Part shown: positions 20,921-29,351 of the stretch, piece after piece | Layout: every line of letters begins with the position of its first letter | How positions within the stretch are numbered: position 1 is the stretch's first letter | Assembly: GCA_964593825.1 (NCBI GenBank) | Contig: CAZQII010000001.1 | Span: 15,687 to 70,619, forward strand | Origin: an uncultured Ruminococcus sp. | GTDB lineage: Bacteria; Bacillota; Clostridia; Oscillospirales; CAG-272 | Length of the DNA stretch: 54,933 nucleotides | Direction of reading: 5' to 3' | Translations under genes and position numbers: made by a program | The notes under the pieces: model-generated | The model's input: the letters and a program-made list of their open reading frames with translations, nothing else | Database searches by the model: none | Told to the model about the DNA's origin: nothing

Positions 20921-21763
20921 TTAAATTTTGAAGCCCTCAAGAAGGGAAAAGCGCTTGCTGGAATATTTGTATGCCTTTTCGAAATCGCAGAGCTGTTTAT
21001 AGCATATTTCAAGGTCGCCGTATATGCCGAAGATGACGTATGCGTTGTACTCGCCGTTCAGCTTTGACATCTCAATCTCGGAGAGCAGGTCGGCGGCCGC
21101 GCGGTAATCCTTATCTCTCATCAGCTTCTTTGCCTGCAGATGACGGGAGAAGACGGTATTTTTATAATGGTAATCAAAATCGAGCACGAGATATTTGTAA
21201 AACTCGATGTCGAACAGCTCGGTCTCCGCCGCAGTAAATTCATCAGCGTCGAATTCGAGCAGGGGCGACTGTATGTTCCTTGCCACCGCAAGATACATTT
21301 TAGAAAGGGCGCGTATGCGCTCGGTGCTGTAGCAGGTGGCATCGCAGAGCTCGAGCGCTCTTGTAAGATGCTTTCCGGCGGAGAAGAGCGAGCCGCTTTT
21401 CATTGCCTTTTTTCCGATCTGAAAATGCGAGTCGGCGAGAATGAACGAAAGCTCGTCGTCGGTCTTTTCGAGCTTGTCGATCCTCGTGACGGTGACCGCA
21501 TAATTGCCCGCGGTGTAGGAGGCCTTGATTCCGTCGATCGCCTCCTTCTTCGCATAATAGAAGGCGTCGTCGCCCTCGGAGACAAGGTAGGAGAGCGGGA
21601 GCTCCAGACGCTCGGAAATATATTTCAGCGTTTCGATCGACGGGTTTGCCAGGTCCTTTTCAATAAGGCTGATCATATTCCGCGTTATTTTTTCGCCGGC
21701 AAGCTCCTTTTGCGTGAGCTTGCGCTTCTTGCGCTCTTGCCTGATCTTTTCACCTAATGTCAT
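20921..21763 (-). CDS. XRE-family HTH transcriptional regulator with a TPR-like C-terminal domain
   Basis: 280 aa. N-terminus LGEKIRQERKKRKLTQKELAGEKITRNMISLIEKDLANPSIETLKYISERL is an HTH_3-type motif. The remaining ~210 aa is helical-repeat-like. Confidence 0.8.
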   Translation of the reverse strand: MTLGEKIRQERKKRKLTQKELAGEKITRNMISLIEKDLANPSIETLKYISERLELPLSYLVSEGDDAFYYAKKEAIDGIKASYTAGNYAVTVTRIDKLEKTDDELSFILADSHFQIGKKAMKSGSLFSAGKHLTRALELCDATCYSTERIRALSKMYLAVARNIQSPLLEFDADEFTAAETELFDIEFYKYLVLDFDYHYKNTVFSRHLQAKKLMRDKDYRAAADLLSEIEMSKLNGEYNAYVIFGIYGDLEICYKQLCDFEKAYKYSSKRFSLLEGFKI

Positions 21764-21807
21764 TTTATAAGCATCTCCGAATCATAGAATTATTTTGAGG
21801 CAGAATT

Positions 21808-22824
21808 TCATTTTTTGAATTTTATATCTGCGAGCGGATTGTGCTCGACCGCCTCCTCGAGATTGCGGCTCACGAGGTGCGTGTAGATCTGAGTGGTGTT
21901 CAGCTGCTCATGGCCGAGTATGTCCTTCAGCACTCTTATATCAACCTTACCGGACTGGTACATCAATGTGGCGGCGGTGTGCCGCAGCTTATGCACGGAG
22001 AGCTTCTTCGAGCCGAGTCCGGCCATGTCCAGATATTTATAAACGATCCACTGCACGGTCTTTTCCGATATGCGCTGCTCGCGGCGCGAGAGAAAGAGGG
22101 CATTTATGCCGGTGCGCACGTATTTCGGGTCGAGCCTTTGTCTTAAATGAGCGACAAGCGCGTCGCGCGCGGATCTGTTTAAGTAAATGATGCGTTCCTT
22201 ATTGCCTTTACCGACGACCTTGACCGTCGTGAGCTCGGAGTCGAAGCTCTCGAGATTTAAGCCCACAAGCTCCGAAAGACGCATGCCCGTATTTAAAAAC
22301 AGGGTAATGATCGCAAAGTCGCGCACCGTTGTCTTTGATGCCGTATCGTTTTTTACGGTCTCCAAAAGCTTCACCGACTCCTCGACCGTTAAAAATTTGG
22401 GCAAGGTGCTTTTTTTCTTCGGCGCATCGATGTCCGCCGCGGGATTGGAGTCGATGTAGTGCCGTTTCGCAAACATATATTTGAAGAATGAGCGGATCGA
22501 GCTCAGCTTTCTCATTCTCGTCGTTGAATTGTTCTCGCGCTGAAAGCCCGCGTACATGAGGTAGTCTATAATTATCTGCGGAGTCACGGCCTTGACGTCC
22601 TCGACCGTAATATCGGATATGGAGATCTTTTCGAAATCCGCTTTGTCGAGCTCCTCGTTTTGCTTTTTCATTTTAGTAAATCTGAAAAACGTGCGCAGAT
22701 CGAGCAGATACTCGCATACGGTCTTTTCCGAATTTCCTTTGATCGCCGACATGTACGAGGCGTAATCACGCAGCACCGGCGGAAAGGTTTGAAATTCGGC
22801 GCTTTTTAAGGTGAGGACCGACAC
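21808..22824 (-). CDS. Tyrosine site-specific recombinase (XerC/XerD-like)
   Basis: 338 aa with a GTG start after GGAGGTG. N-terminal SAM-like core-binding domain. Catalytic region TGMRLSE ... HKLRHTAAT ... LGHEQLNTTQIYTH gives the R..HxxR..Y signature. Confidence 0.9.
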   Translation of the reverse strand: MSVLTLKSAEFQTFPPVLRDYASYMSAIKGNSEKTVCEYLLDLRTFFRFTKMKKQNEELDKADFEKISISDITVEDVKAVTPQIIIDYLMYAGFQRENNSTTRMRKLSSIRSFFKYMFAKRHYIDSNPAADIDAPKKKSTLPKFLTVEESVKLLETVKNDTASKTTVRDFAIITLFLNTGMRLSELVGLNLESFDSELTTVKVVGKGNKERIIYLNRSARDALVAHLRQRLDPKYVRTGINALFLSRREQRISEKTVQWIVYKYLDMAGLGSKKLSVHKLRHTAATLMYQSGKVDIRVLKDILGHEQLNTTQIYTHLVSRNLEEAVEHNPLADIKFKK

Positions 22825-22981
22825 TTTTTTACCACCTCCGATAAGTTTGAAATAAAATTCACACTTCTATTATACAAAATTTATTATAATTTTAGTGGAT
22901 AAAATGTAAACATTTTGTATTTATGCTTGTTTTTTTTATTTTGTATGCTAAAATAGAGAAAACTAATGTTAAGAGGTAAGT

Positions 22982-23566
22982 ATGTCGATATTAAAAAGGC
23001 ATTCATATGACATTGTAAAGCTTTACATCGATCAGATCGGAATAACCGTCTTTTCACTTATATTGATCACTGCGCTTGGCTCTATCTCCGATTCGACATT
23101 GCTTAAGTTCTTTCTTTCCGTCTTCACGACGCTGTTCTTCAGCGTTATTTTATATACGACGGCATGGGATCTCGGGGCAAAGGACAAGCTGAGCCTTAAC
23201 AGCGGAAGAGGCGAATATAAGCCGTATAAGGGCATCGTGCTGTCCGTTTTCGCGAATATACCGAACTTTGTTCTTGCCGGCCTTGCCGCGATCTTTCTCG
23301 CAATTTCAAAGGCGGGCTCCGAGGTGTGCTACACGGTCGGAGTGACCCTGCTAACGATCGCAAAATTCACCATGGCGATATATCTCGGTATCGTCGAGGC
23401 GGTGACGGCGTTTGCCTCCGACTGGGGAACGAGCGGCGCTGTTGTTAAGTCGCTCGGCTATTTTATCGTGCCGATCATTGCGATCCTCGTGACACAGCTC
23501 GGATATACCCTCGGTCTTAAGGAAAAAAAGCTTTTCGGCGGAAAAATGGACGCAAAAAGAAAGTAA
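22982..23566 (+). CDS. Hypothetical integral membrane protein (about 5 TM)
   Basis: 194 aa hydrophobic ORF with SD AAGAGG. No recognisable family motif. Confidence 0.6.
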   Translation: MSILKRHSYDIVKLYIDQIGITVFSLILITALGSISDSTLLKFFLSVFTTLFFSVILYTTAWDLGAKDKLSLNSGRGEYKPYKGIVLSVFANIPNFVLAGLAAIFLAISKAGSEVCYTVGVTLLTIAKFTMAIYLGIVEAVTAFASDWGTSGAVVKSLGYFIVPIIAILVTQLGYTLGLKEKKLFGGKMDAKRK

Positions 23567-23592
23567 TATTTATAAATTATCCTCCATATAGT
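23564..23592 (+). promoter_or_regulatory. Candidate sigma-E-type promoter for cwlD (TAATATT-N14-CATATAGT)
   Basis: Compared from memory with the B. subtilis sigma-E consensus kmATATT-N14-CATACAhT: the -35 matches 7/7 and the -10 matches 6/8. Consensus match only. Confidence 0.35.
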
Positions 23593-23633
23593 TATACAAA
23601 ACGTGTTTTGTTATAATTATCTGGAGGTTTTTT
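23581..23633 (+). terminator. Long hairpin plus T6 directly abutting the cwlD ATG; its 3' arm contains the cwlD Shine-Dalgarno
   Basis: CCTCCATATAGTTATACAAAA / TTTTGTTATAATTATCTGGAGG forms about 20 bp with one mismatch and one bulge, then TTTTTT, then the ATG at 23634. Confidence 0.55.
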
Positions 23634-24386
23634 ATGCGATGGATCATTATCGGAAAAAAAGCGTTTTACCGCACGAGATGTGCCTTGAAGGTCGCCGTGA
23701 TTGCGATCCTGCTCATTGCGTTTTCGGTCTCCGTCGTGCAGGCGCGCTATGAGCGCGGTCTATATCTTACTGCGGCAAATTCAAATGATCTTTCCAAGAC
23801 CGTGATCATTGACCCCGGACACGGCGGAGAGGACTGCGGAGCCATAGGAGTGAACGGCGTATACGAAAAGGATCTGAATATGCAGATATCCGAGCAGATC
23901 GCGGAGGCTCTGAAGGAAAACGGCTATACCGTCATTTTTACGAGGACGAGCGACAAGCTCTTGTATACAGAGGACGAGGATATCAAGGGGCTAAGGAAGA
24001 TCTCCGATCTTAAGAACCGTTGCAAGGCGGCGAACGAATATCCCGGTGCGATCTTTATCAGCGTTCATATGAATTCGTATTCTCAGTCCAAATACAGCGG
24101 TCTTCAGGTATATTATAAGCCGAATGACGACGCAAGCTGTGCTCTGGCGGGGAAAATACAGTCAAATGTACGCTCGCGCCTTCAAACCGACAATACGAGG
24201 CAGACGAAAGGCGGAAAGGGGATCTACGTCCTCGAAAATACGGAGCCGATCGGCGTGCTTATCGAATGCGGATTTATAACGAATTCGGAGGAATGCGAAA
24301 AACTTTCGGAAAAAGAATATCAAAAGCAATTGAGTTTTGCGATAGTTTGTGGTATTATAGAATATAGAGAAGGAAGAAAAATTTAA
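23634..24386 (+). CDS. cwlD: N-acetylmuramoyl-L-alanine amidase, CwlD-like (Amidase_3)
   Basis: 250 aa. N-terminal TM, then IIDPGHGGEDCGAIG, ISVHMNS and ECGFITN motifs of Amidase_3. The size and single-domain layout match germination-specific CwlD. Confidence 0.85.
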   Translation: MRWIIIGKKAFYRTRCALKVAVIAILLIAFSVSVVQARYERGLYLTAANSNDLSKTVIIDPGHGGEDCGAIGVNGVYEKDLNMQISEQIAEALKENGYTVIFTRTSDKLLYTEDEDIKGLRKISDLKNRCKAANEYPGAIFISVHMNSYSQSKYSGLQVYYKPNDDASCALAGKIQSNVRSRLQTDNTRQTKGGKGIYVLENTEPIGVLIECGFITNSEECEKLSEKEYQKQLSFAIVCGIIEYREGRKI

Positions 24387-24402
24387 ATTTTCGGAGATTG
24401 AA

Positions 24403-25785
24403 ATGAAGGGACCAAAGAAAATATTCGTATGCCGCGAATGCGGAAGCACGAGCCTGAAATGGCTCGGAAAATGTCCTGACTGTCAGGCATGGGACAGCTT
24501 TGACGAAGAGATTGTTGAAGAAAAAACTCAAAACGGCGAAATAAAATGCGGCAGAAGCACGGATTACAGCAAGGCGGAGCTGCTGTCGGATCTTGAGTTG
24601 CCGAATTTTATGCGCACAAAAACCGGACTCGGCGAGCTTGACAGAGTCCTCGGCGGCGGGCTGGTCGACAGATCGGCGGTGCTTCTTTCTGGCGAACCCG
24701 GCATAGGAAAATCGACGCTTTTGCTTCAGATCTCATCCGAGCTGGCGAGGACGCGGCGCGTTCTTTACGTTTCCGGAGAGGAATCGAAGGGGCAGCTTAA
24801 GCTACGTGCCGAGAGGCTCGGGATAAGCGGAGAATCGCTGTATCTGCAGACGGAAACCGACACGGAGTCCATTCTCTCGGAATGCGAGCGCTTAAAGCCT
24901 GATGTCATAATAATCGATTCGGTCCAAACACTCTGTTCGTACAAATTTTCCTCTGCGCCCGGCAGCATAACACAGGTGCGCGAGGGAGCGATGACCTTCA
25001 TTAATTATGCAAAAACAAACGGTGCCGCGGTATTCCTGGTCGGTCATGTAAATAAGGAGGGGGGCATCTCCGGTCCGAAATTCCTCGAGCACATGGTCGA
25101 CGCGGTGCTTTACTTCGAGGGCGAGCGCACCAATTCTTACAGGATCATACGCGCCATCAAAAACCGCTACGGCTCAACAAACGAGATCGGCGTCTTCGAG
25201 ATGCAGGACACCGGCCTTGCCGAGATCCCGAACCCGAGCGAGGTCGTTATGGCCGAGCGTCCCAAAAACACGAGCGGATCGTGCGCGGGATGTGTCATTC
25301 AGGGCACGCGCCCGATAATAACGGAGATACAGTCCCTTGTCACGAAAAGCGTTTATCCCACGGCAAAAAGAACGGCAGACGGATTTGACTACAACCGCAT
25401 GTGCCTGCTCATCGCGGTGCTCGAGAAGCGTATGGGCCTTAAATTTTATGAAAATGATATTTATCTTAATGTAGCCGGCGGTCTGCATTTGGATGAGCCG
25501 AGTGCCGACCTTTCCATAGCCATGGCACTCATAAGCGGAATCACGGACAGGATAATTTCCGACGATATAATCGCATTCGGCGAGATAGGACTCGCGGGCG
25601 AGGTGCGCGCCGTGTCCCACATCGATTACCGCGTTAAGGAGGCTGTGCGTCTCGGATTTACAAAAATCATCATTCCAAAGAAAAATCTGGCCAAGCATCT
25701 GTCCGTTCCGAAGGGCGTCGAGCTCTGCGGCGTCGGAAATATATACGAGGTCCTCGTTCATATGAAAACAAGAGCCGCGGAGTGA
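24403..25785 (+). CDS. radA: DNA repair protein RadA/Sms
   Basis: 460 aa. Zinc finger CRECGSTSLKWLGKCPDCQAWDSF, Walker A GEPGIGKSTL, KNRYG motif and a Lon-like C-terminal domain. Confidence 0.95.
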   Translation: MKGPKKIFVCRECGSTSLKWLGKCPDCQAWDSFDEEIVEEKTQNGEIKCGRSTDYSKAELLSDLELPNFMRTKTGLGELDRVLGGGLVDRSAVLLSGEPGIGKSTLLLQISSELARTRRVLYVSGEESKGQLKLRAERLGISGESLYLQTETDTESILSECERLKPDVIIIDSVQTLCSYKFSSAPGSITQVREGAMTFINYAKTNGAAVFLVGHVNKEGGISGPKFLEHMVDAVLYFEGERTNSYRIIRAIKNRYGSTNEIGVFEMQDTGLAEIPNPSEVVMAERPKNTSGSCAGCVIQGTRPIITEIQSLVTKSVYPTAKRTADGFDYNRMCLLIAVLEKRMGLKFYENDIYLNVAGGLHLDEPSADLSIAMALISGITDRIISDDIIAFGEIGLAGEVRAVSHIDYRVKEAVRLGFTKIIIPKKNLAKHLSVPKGVELCGVGNIYEVLVHMKTRAAE

Positions 25786-25803
25786 CAGAAATCCGCGGCG
25801 TCC

Positions 25804-25845
25804 GCACGAATTTGTGTACAATGCACAAATTCGTGCTTTAATTTT
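25804..25845 (+). terminator. Intrinsic terminator of radA
   Basis: GCACGAATTTGTG-tacaatg-CACAAATTCGTGC, a 13-bp perfect stem followed by TTTAATTTT. Confidence 0.7.
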
Positions 25846-25881
25846 CTACATCCGTGTGTCTAAATTCTTCAAGAAAATTAC

Positions 25882-25910
25882 TTGAATTCGGAATTTATAT
25901 CGTGTATAAT
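25882..25910 (+). promoter_or_regulatory. Sigma-A promoter TTGAAT-N17-TATAAT
   Basis: Sequence cTTGAATtcggaatttatatcgtgTATAATt, about 60 nt upstream of the EF-G-like ORF. Confidence 0.55.
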
Positions 25911-25972
25911 TAATTTAGAATGTTTTTGCGCAAGACGCATTTGCAGAATTTTTTCATAAGGAGAACAAACAC

Positions 25973-28033
25973 ATGGAACAGGTTTACACAAAATCAATCA
26001 GAAACGTCGTCCTCCTCGGTCACAGCGGCGGAGGCAAGACCTCGCTCGCAGAGTCAATGCTTTACATATCGAGGCTCACAGACCGACTCGGAAACGTTGC
26101 CGACGGCAACACCGTGTGTGATTACGATCCGGAGGAAATAAAGCGCGGATATTCTGTTTCCGCCGCCACAGCACCGATGCTTTGGAACGGAACGAAGATC
26201 AACATAATGGACACGCCGGGATTCTTCGACTTTGAGGCCGAGGCGCGGCAGTGCGTCAGAGTTGCCGACGCGGCGATCATCGTCGTGGACGGAAAGGCAG
26301 GAATCGAGGTCGGAACCGAGCTCGCATGGAAGATGGCGACGGAGGCGGGAATTCCAAAGGCGTTTTTCATAAATCGATTCGATGACGGTGAGGCACGCTT
26401 TTATAAGGTGTTCGGCGCGGTGCGGGAAAAATACGGACTGAATGTTTGTCCGATCCAGATCCCGATCATCGACGGCGATACCGTTATAGGATTTTGCAAT
26501 CTTGTGGAAATGTGTGTTTATACATTTGAAAAGGCCACGGGTGAATATATAAGAAGCTCCATTCCCGAAAAGTTCGCGGAGGTATGCGCCGAATATCACA
26601 ATATTCTTCTTGAGGCAATCGCGCAGACGAGCGACGTGCTCATGGATAAGTTCTTTAACGAGGAGCCCATCTCCCGCGAGGAGGCGCTCGAGGCGATACA
26701 CGAGGGAATAATCAAGGGCGACATCGTTCCCGTATTCTGCGGTGCTGCGATCAAAAACTGGGGAATCAAAACATTTCTCGACACTATTGCCGAATCGTTC
26801 CCGAGACCTACCGCGCGCGGTGTCGAGCACCTTGAGGACGGCGGCGAAATAGCTATAGAGCCGCAATCGGATGAGAGCTCGGTATTTGTATTCAAGACGG
26901 TCGCTGATCCCTTCGTCGGCAAGATGTCATTCTTTAAGGTAATGAACGGCGAGGTGAAAAAGGACACCGTTCTTCGCAACACGAGAAACGGACAGACCGA
27001 AAAGCTGAATAAGATATTTATCCTTCGCGGCAAAAAGCAGATCGATGTCGACGTGCTCTCCTGCGGAGATATAGGCGTCGTTTCCAAGCTTGCCGCCACC
27101 AATACCAACGACACCCTGACAACATCTCAAAATGATATCAAATACGCCTTCGTAAAATATCCGCGCCCTTATTATACAATGGCGATTTCTCCGAAGGCAA
27201 AGGGAGATGAGGACAGGATCTCATCCGGTATGGCAAGGATACTTGAAGAGGATCTGACCGTGAAATACGAAAACAATTCGGAGACAAAGCAGCTGACCGT
27301 TTCCGGCCTCGGCGACATTCATCTCGATGTCGTAATCGCAAAGCTTAAGAATCGCTTCGGCGCAAACGTAGAGCTCACGAAGCCGCGCCTCGCTTACAGA
27401 GAAACGATCAAGAAGAAGGTGGACGTTGAGGGCAAGCATAAGAAGCAGTCCGGCGGCTCGGGTCAGTACGGTCATGTAAAGATCACATTCTCGCCCGGTG
27501 AGGCGGAGGGGCTTACGTTTACCGAAAGCGTATTCGGCGGTGCCGTTCCGAAGAATTTCTTTCCCGCTGTCGAAGCAGGACTCAGGGAATGCATGCAGAA
27601 GGGTGTTTTGGCCGGCTATCCCGTTGTTCATCTTGCGGCAAATCTGTATGACGGCTCGTATCACGATGTCGATTCCAACGAGATATCCTTTAAGCTCGCC
27701 GCCGCCATCGCTTACCGCGAGGGATTGCCTCAGGCAAATCCCGTGCTCCTTGAGCCTATCGGTGACTTGCGCGTTTACATTCCCGACAGCTATGTCGGCG
27801 ATGTCATGGGCGATTTGAACAAGCGCCGCGGCAGAGTCATGGGCATTGAGCCCGCGGATGACGGCATGCAGGTCGTTCTGGCCGAGGTGCCGTTTGCGGA
27901 AATGACCGATTATGTGATCGCTCTGCGCGCTGCAACTCAGGGCAGAGGGCGCTTCGATTTCGACTTTATAAGATATGATGAGGTTCCTCAGGCATTGACC
28001 GAGAAAATAATAGCCGACGCACGCAAAGAATAA
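25973..28033 (+). CDS. Elongation factor G paralogue (EF-G2-like translational GTPase)
   Basis: 686 aa with five-domain EF-G length. G1 is LLGHSGGGKTSL instead of AHIDAGKTT; G3 is DTPGFFDF. Not located in a str operon. Confidence 0.85.
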   Translation: MEQVYTKSIRNVVLLGHSGGGKTSLAESMLYISRLTDRLGNVADGNTVCDYDPEEIKRGYSVSAATAPMLWNGTKINIMDTPGFFDFEAEARQCVRVADAAIIVVDGKAGIEVGTELAWKMATEAGIPKAFFINRFDDGEARFYKVFGAVREKYGLNVCPIQIPIIDGDTVIGFCNLVEMCVYTFEKATGEYIRSSIPEKFAEVCAEYHNILLEAIAQTSDVLMDKFFNEEPISREEALEAIHEGIIKGDIVPVFCGAAIKNWGIKTFLDTIAESFPRPTARGVEHLEDGGEIAIEPQSDESSVFVFKTVADPFVGKMSFFKVMNGEVKKDTVLRNTRNGQTEKLNKIFILRGKKQIDVDVLSCGDIGVVSKLAATNTNDTLTTSQNDIKYAFVKYPRPYYTMAISPKAKGDEDRISSGMARILEEDLTVKYENNSETKQLTVSGLGDIHLDVVIAKLKNRFGANVELTKPRLAYRETIKKKVDVEGKHKKQSGGSGQYGHVKITFSPGEAEGLTFTESVFGGAVPKNFFPAVEAGLRECMQKGVLAGYPVVHLAANLYDGSYHDVDSNEISFKLAAAIAYREGLPQANPVLLEPIGDLRVYIPDSYVGDVMGDLNKRRGRVMGIEPADDGMQVVLAEVPFAEMTDYVIALRAATQGRGRFDFDFIRYDEVPQALTEKIIADARKE

Positions 28034-28048
28034 AATGTAATAGCATTG

Positions 28049-28074
28049 GCCGAGTCAAGTTTATTTGACTCGGC
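28049..28074 (+). terminator. Hairpin after the EF-G paralogue (weak T-tail)
   Basis: GCCGAGTCAA-gtttat-TTGACTCGGC, a 10-bp perfect stem. Confidence 0.5.
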
Positions 28075-28226
28075 TATTGCTTCGCTTAGCAATAAATCGA
28101 TAAATAATCATAACCGCTATGGCCGAGTGAGATAATTGATCCTTGAAAATCATATTATACTTGAAATAGAATAAATTGTCAATAAAAGAGTGTAGAAAAA
28201 GATTTTAAGTATTTTTAAAAAACACC

Positions 28227-28255
28227 TTGACATTTCAGAGACAAAGTGATATAAT
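28227..28255 (+). promoter_or_regulatory. Sigma-A promoter, exact TTGACA-N17-TATAAT, for tRNA-Ser
   Basis: Sequence cTTGACAtttcagagacaaagtgaTATAATat. The -10 ends 11 nt before the mature tRNA 5' end. Confidence 0.7.
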
Positions 28256-28266
28256 ATAATAGTCAC

Positions 28267-28357
28267 GGAGAGATGGCCGAGTTGGTCTAAGGCGCACGAC
28301 TGGAAATCGTGTATACCCTAACCGGTATCAAGGGTTCGAATCCCTTTCTCTCCGCCA
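28267..28357 (+). tRNA. tRNA-Ser (anticodon GGA), CCA encoded
   Basis: Manual cloverleaf: acceptor GGAGAGA/TCTCTCC, anticodon stem CACGA/TCGTG with loop CTGGAAA, long variable arm, T-arm AAGGG-TTCGAAT-CCCTT, discriminator G, CCA. Confidence 0.95.
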
Positions 28358-28362
28358 ATCAA

Positions 28363-28402
28363 AACCTAAATCGTACCCATAAAGTTCGGTTTAGGTTTTT
28401 TT
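28363..28402 (+). terminator. Intrinsic terminator after tRNA-Ser
   Basis: AACCTAAATCG ... CGGTTTAGGTT followed by a T7 run. Confidence 0.7.
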
Positions 28403-28420
28403 GTTTGAAAAAACAAGAAA

Positions 28421-28454
28421 AGCCTAAGTCAAACGTAAAGGTTTGATTTAGGCT
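28421..28454. terminator. Second hairpin, T-flanked on both strands (likely terminator of the minus-strand gene ending at 28491)
   Basis: AGCCTAAGTCAAAC-gtaaag-GTTTGATTTAGGCT, 14 bp including one G-U pair. Confidence 0.5.
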
Positions 28455-28490
28455 CTTTGTTTTCGAAAAACGAACGTATTTGGTAAAAGC

Positions 28491-29351
28491 TTATCTTTTG
28501 ATCAAGCCCGTCGTTGAATGAAAAACTTCACCGTTTAAATATGCCGATTTGATTTTTTGCGCAAATTCGGAATTTGCGGGCATATACTGAAGATTTTCCG
28601 GCGTTGCATCCCAACGTAATACGTAACGCAAAACTGCCGATGATTTTTCGCTGAAAATTTTATCAAACATATTTGCAAAAAGTAAAATGTTGCTTTTTGC
28701 AGGCAAATATTTTTTCAGAGTATCGTCCAAAAGCCAAGAATGGCAAGTAAAATAACGGTATGTAAAATTCGGGAAATGTTCGGCAAAAAAAGCTCTTGCA
28801 AGATCGAGAGATTTTTTACACTCTTCGGGCGATAATTTTCTGCCCTCGGGTATATGTATTTCTATAACGCCTTCGCCTTTCTTTAAGTTATGCTCAGAAC
28901 TGTCGAATTCGGCTTTTCCAATTGCAAATTGTAATCTGCCCAATCTGAAGAGTATGCCGCTTAAATGATGCTTCAACCAACCTAATTCTCCCAAATATAA
29001 CTCGCCCTTAAGGGTGCTCCAAGTTGCTGTCCATAACGGTATGTCATTTAGTGTAGCCAAAAGTATATCTTCGCCGATATTGTTTTCTTTATAATATTCG
29101 GCAGTTCTTTCACACATAAACAAGAATGAAAGAAGATTACGTTTTCCGTCCTTACAATCGATATCGTAGGATTCGATATCTACGGTATCGGAAACGGTGA
29201 TCGCATTTAGCGCATCGTAAAATCTGTTGTCGTACGATTCTGGAAAAGACAGCTTTTTGTACCACTTTTCTATTATCCATTTAACGTCCGAGCCGGTCGT
29301 ACTCACGGTGTTAGAGCCGTCAATGATCAAAAAGCCTTCCGAGATGCTCAT
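28491..29351 (-). CDS. Hypothetical cytoplasmic protein; possibly the DUF5596/GNAT-like C-terminal family of Clostridia (unverified recollection)
   Basis: 286 aa with SD AAAGGAG. Visibly more AT-rich than its neighbours. No catalytic motif that I can name. Confidence 0.5.
   Translation of the reverse strand: MSISEGFLIIDGSNTVSTTGSDVKWIIEKWYKKLSFPESYDNRFYDALNAITVSDTVDIESYDIDCKDGKRNLLSFLFMCERTAEYYKENNIGEDILLATLNDIPLWTATWSTLKGELYLGELGWLKHHLSGILFRLGRLQFAIGKAEFDSSEHNLKKGEGVIEIHIPEGRKLSPEECKKSLDLARAFFAEHFPNFTYRYFTCHSWLLDDTLKKYLPAKSNILLFANMFDKIFSEKSSAVLRYVLRWDATPENLQYMPANSEFAQKIKSAYLNGEVFHSTTGLIKR

Noticed and set aside
21808-22824. Tyrosine recombinase as a marker of a prophage, ICE or integron.
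   Set aside because: There are no phage, conjugation or cassette genes on either side. No att-like direct repeats are visible and the flanking genes are housekeeping. It is more consistent with a chromosomal Xer-type enzyme.
22893-22901. AGTGGATAA as a DnaA box, or oriC given the dnaB/gdpP/rplI neighbourhood.
   Set aside because: It is a single 8/9 match with no cluster of boxes, no adjacent dnaA or dnaN, and no AT-rich unwinding element arrangement.
22872-22946. Invertible-promoter (phase-variation) switch between the recombinase and the membrane-protein gene.
   Set aside because: The inverted repeats are only 9 bp, are AT-only and enclose about 30-60 nt. That is far shorter than known invertible elements, and such matches are expected by chance in AT-rich DNA. 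It is kept only as a minor note in the finding on that locus.
25973-28033. EF-G paralogue as a Tet(M)/Tet(O)-type ribosomal protection (resistance) gene.
   Set aside because: Its length (686 aa) and P-loop (GHSGGGKT) differ from Tet(M)-type proteins (about 639 aa, AHVDAGKTT). There is no mobile-element context.
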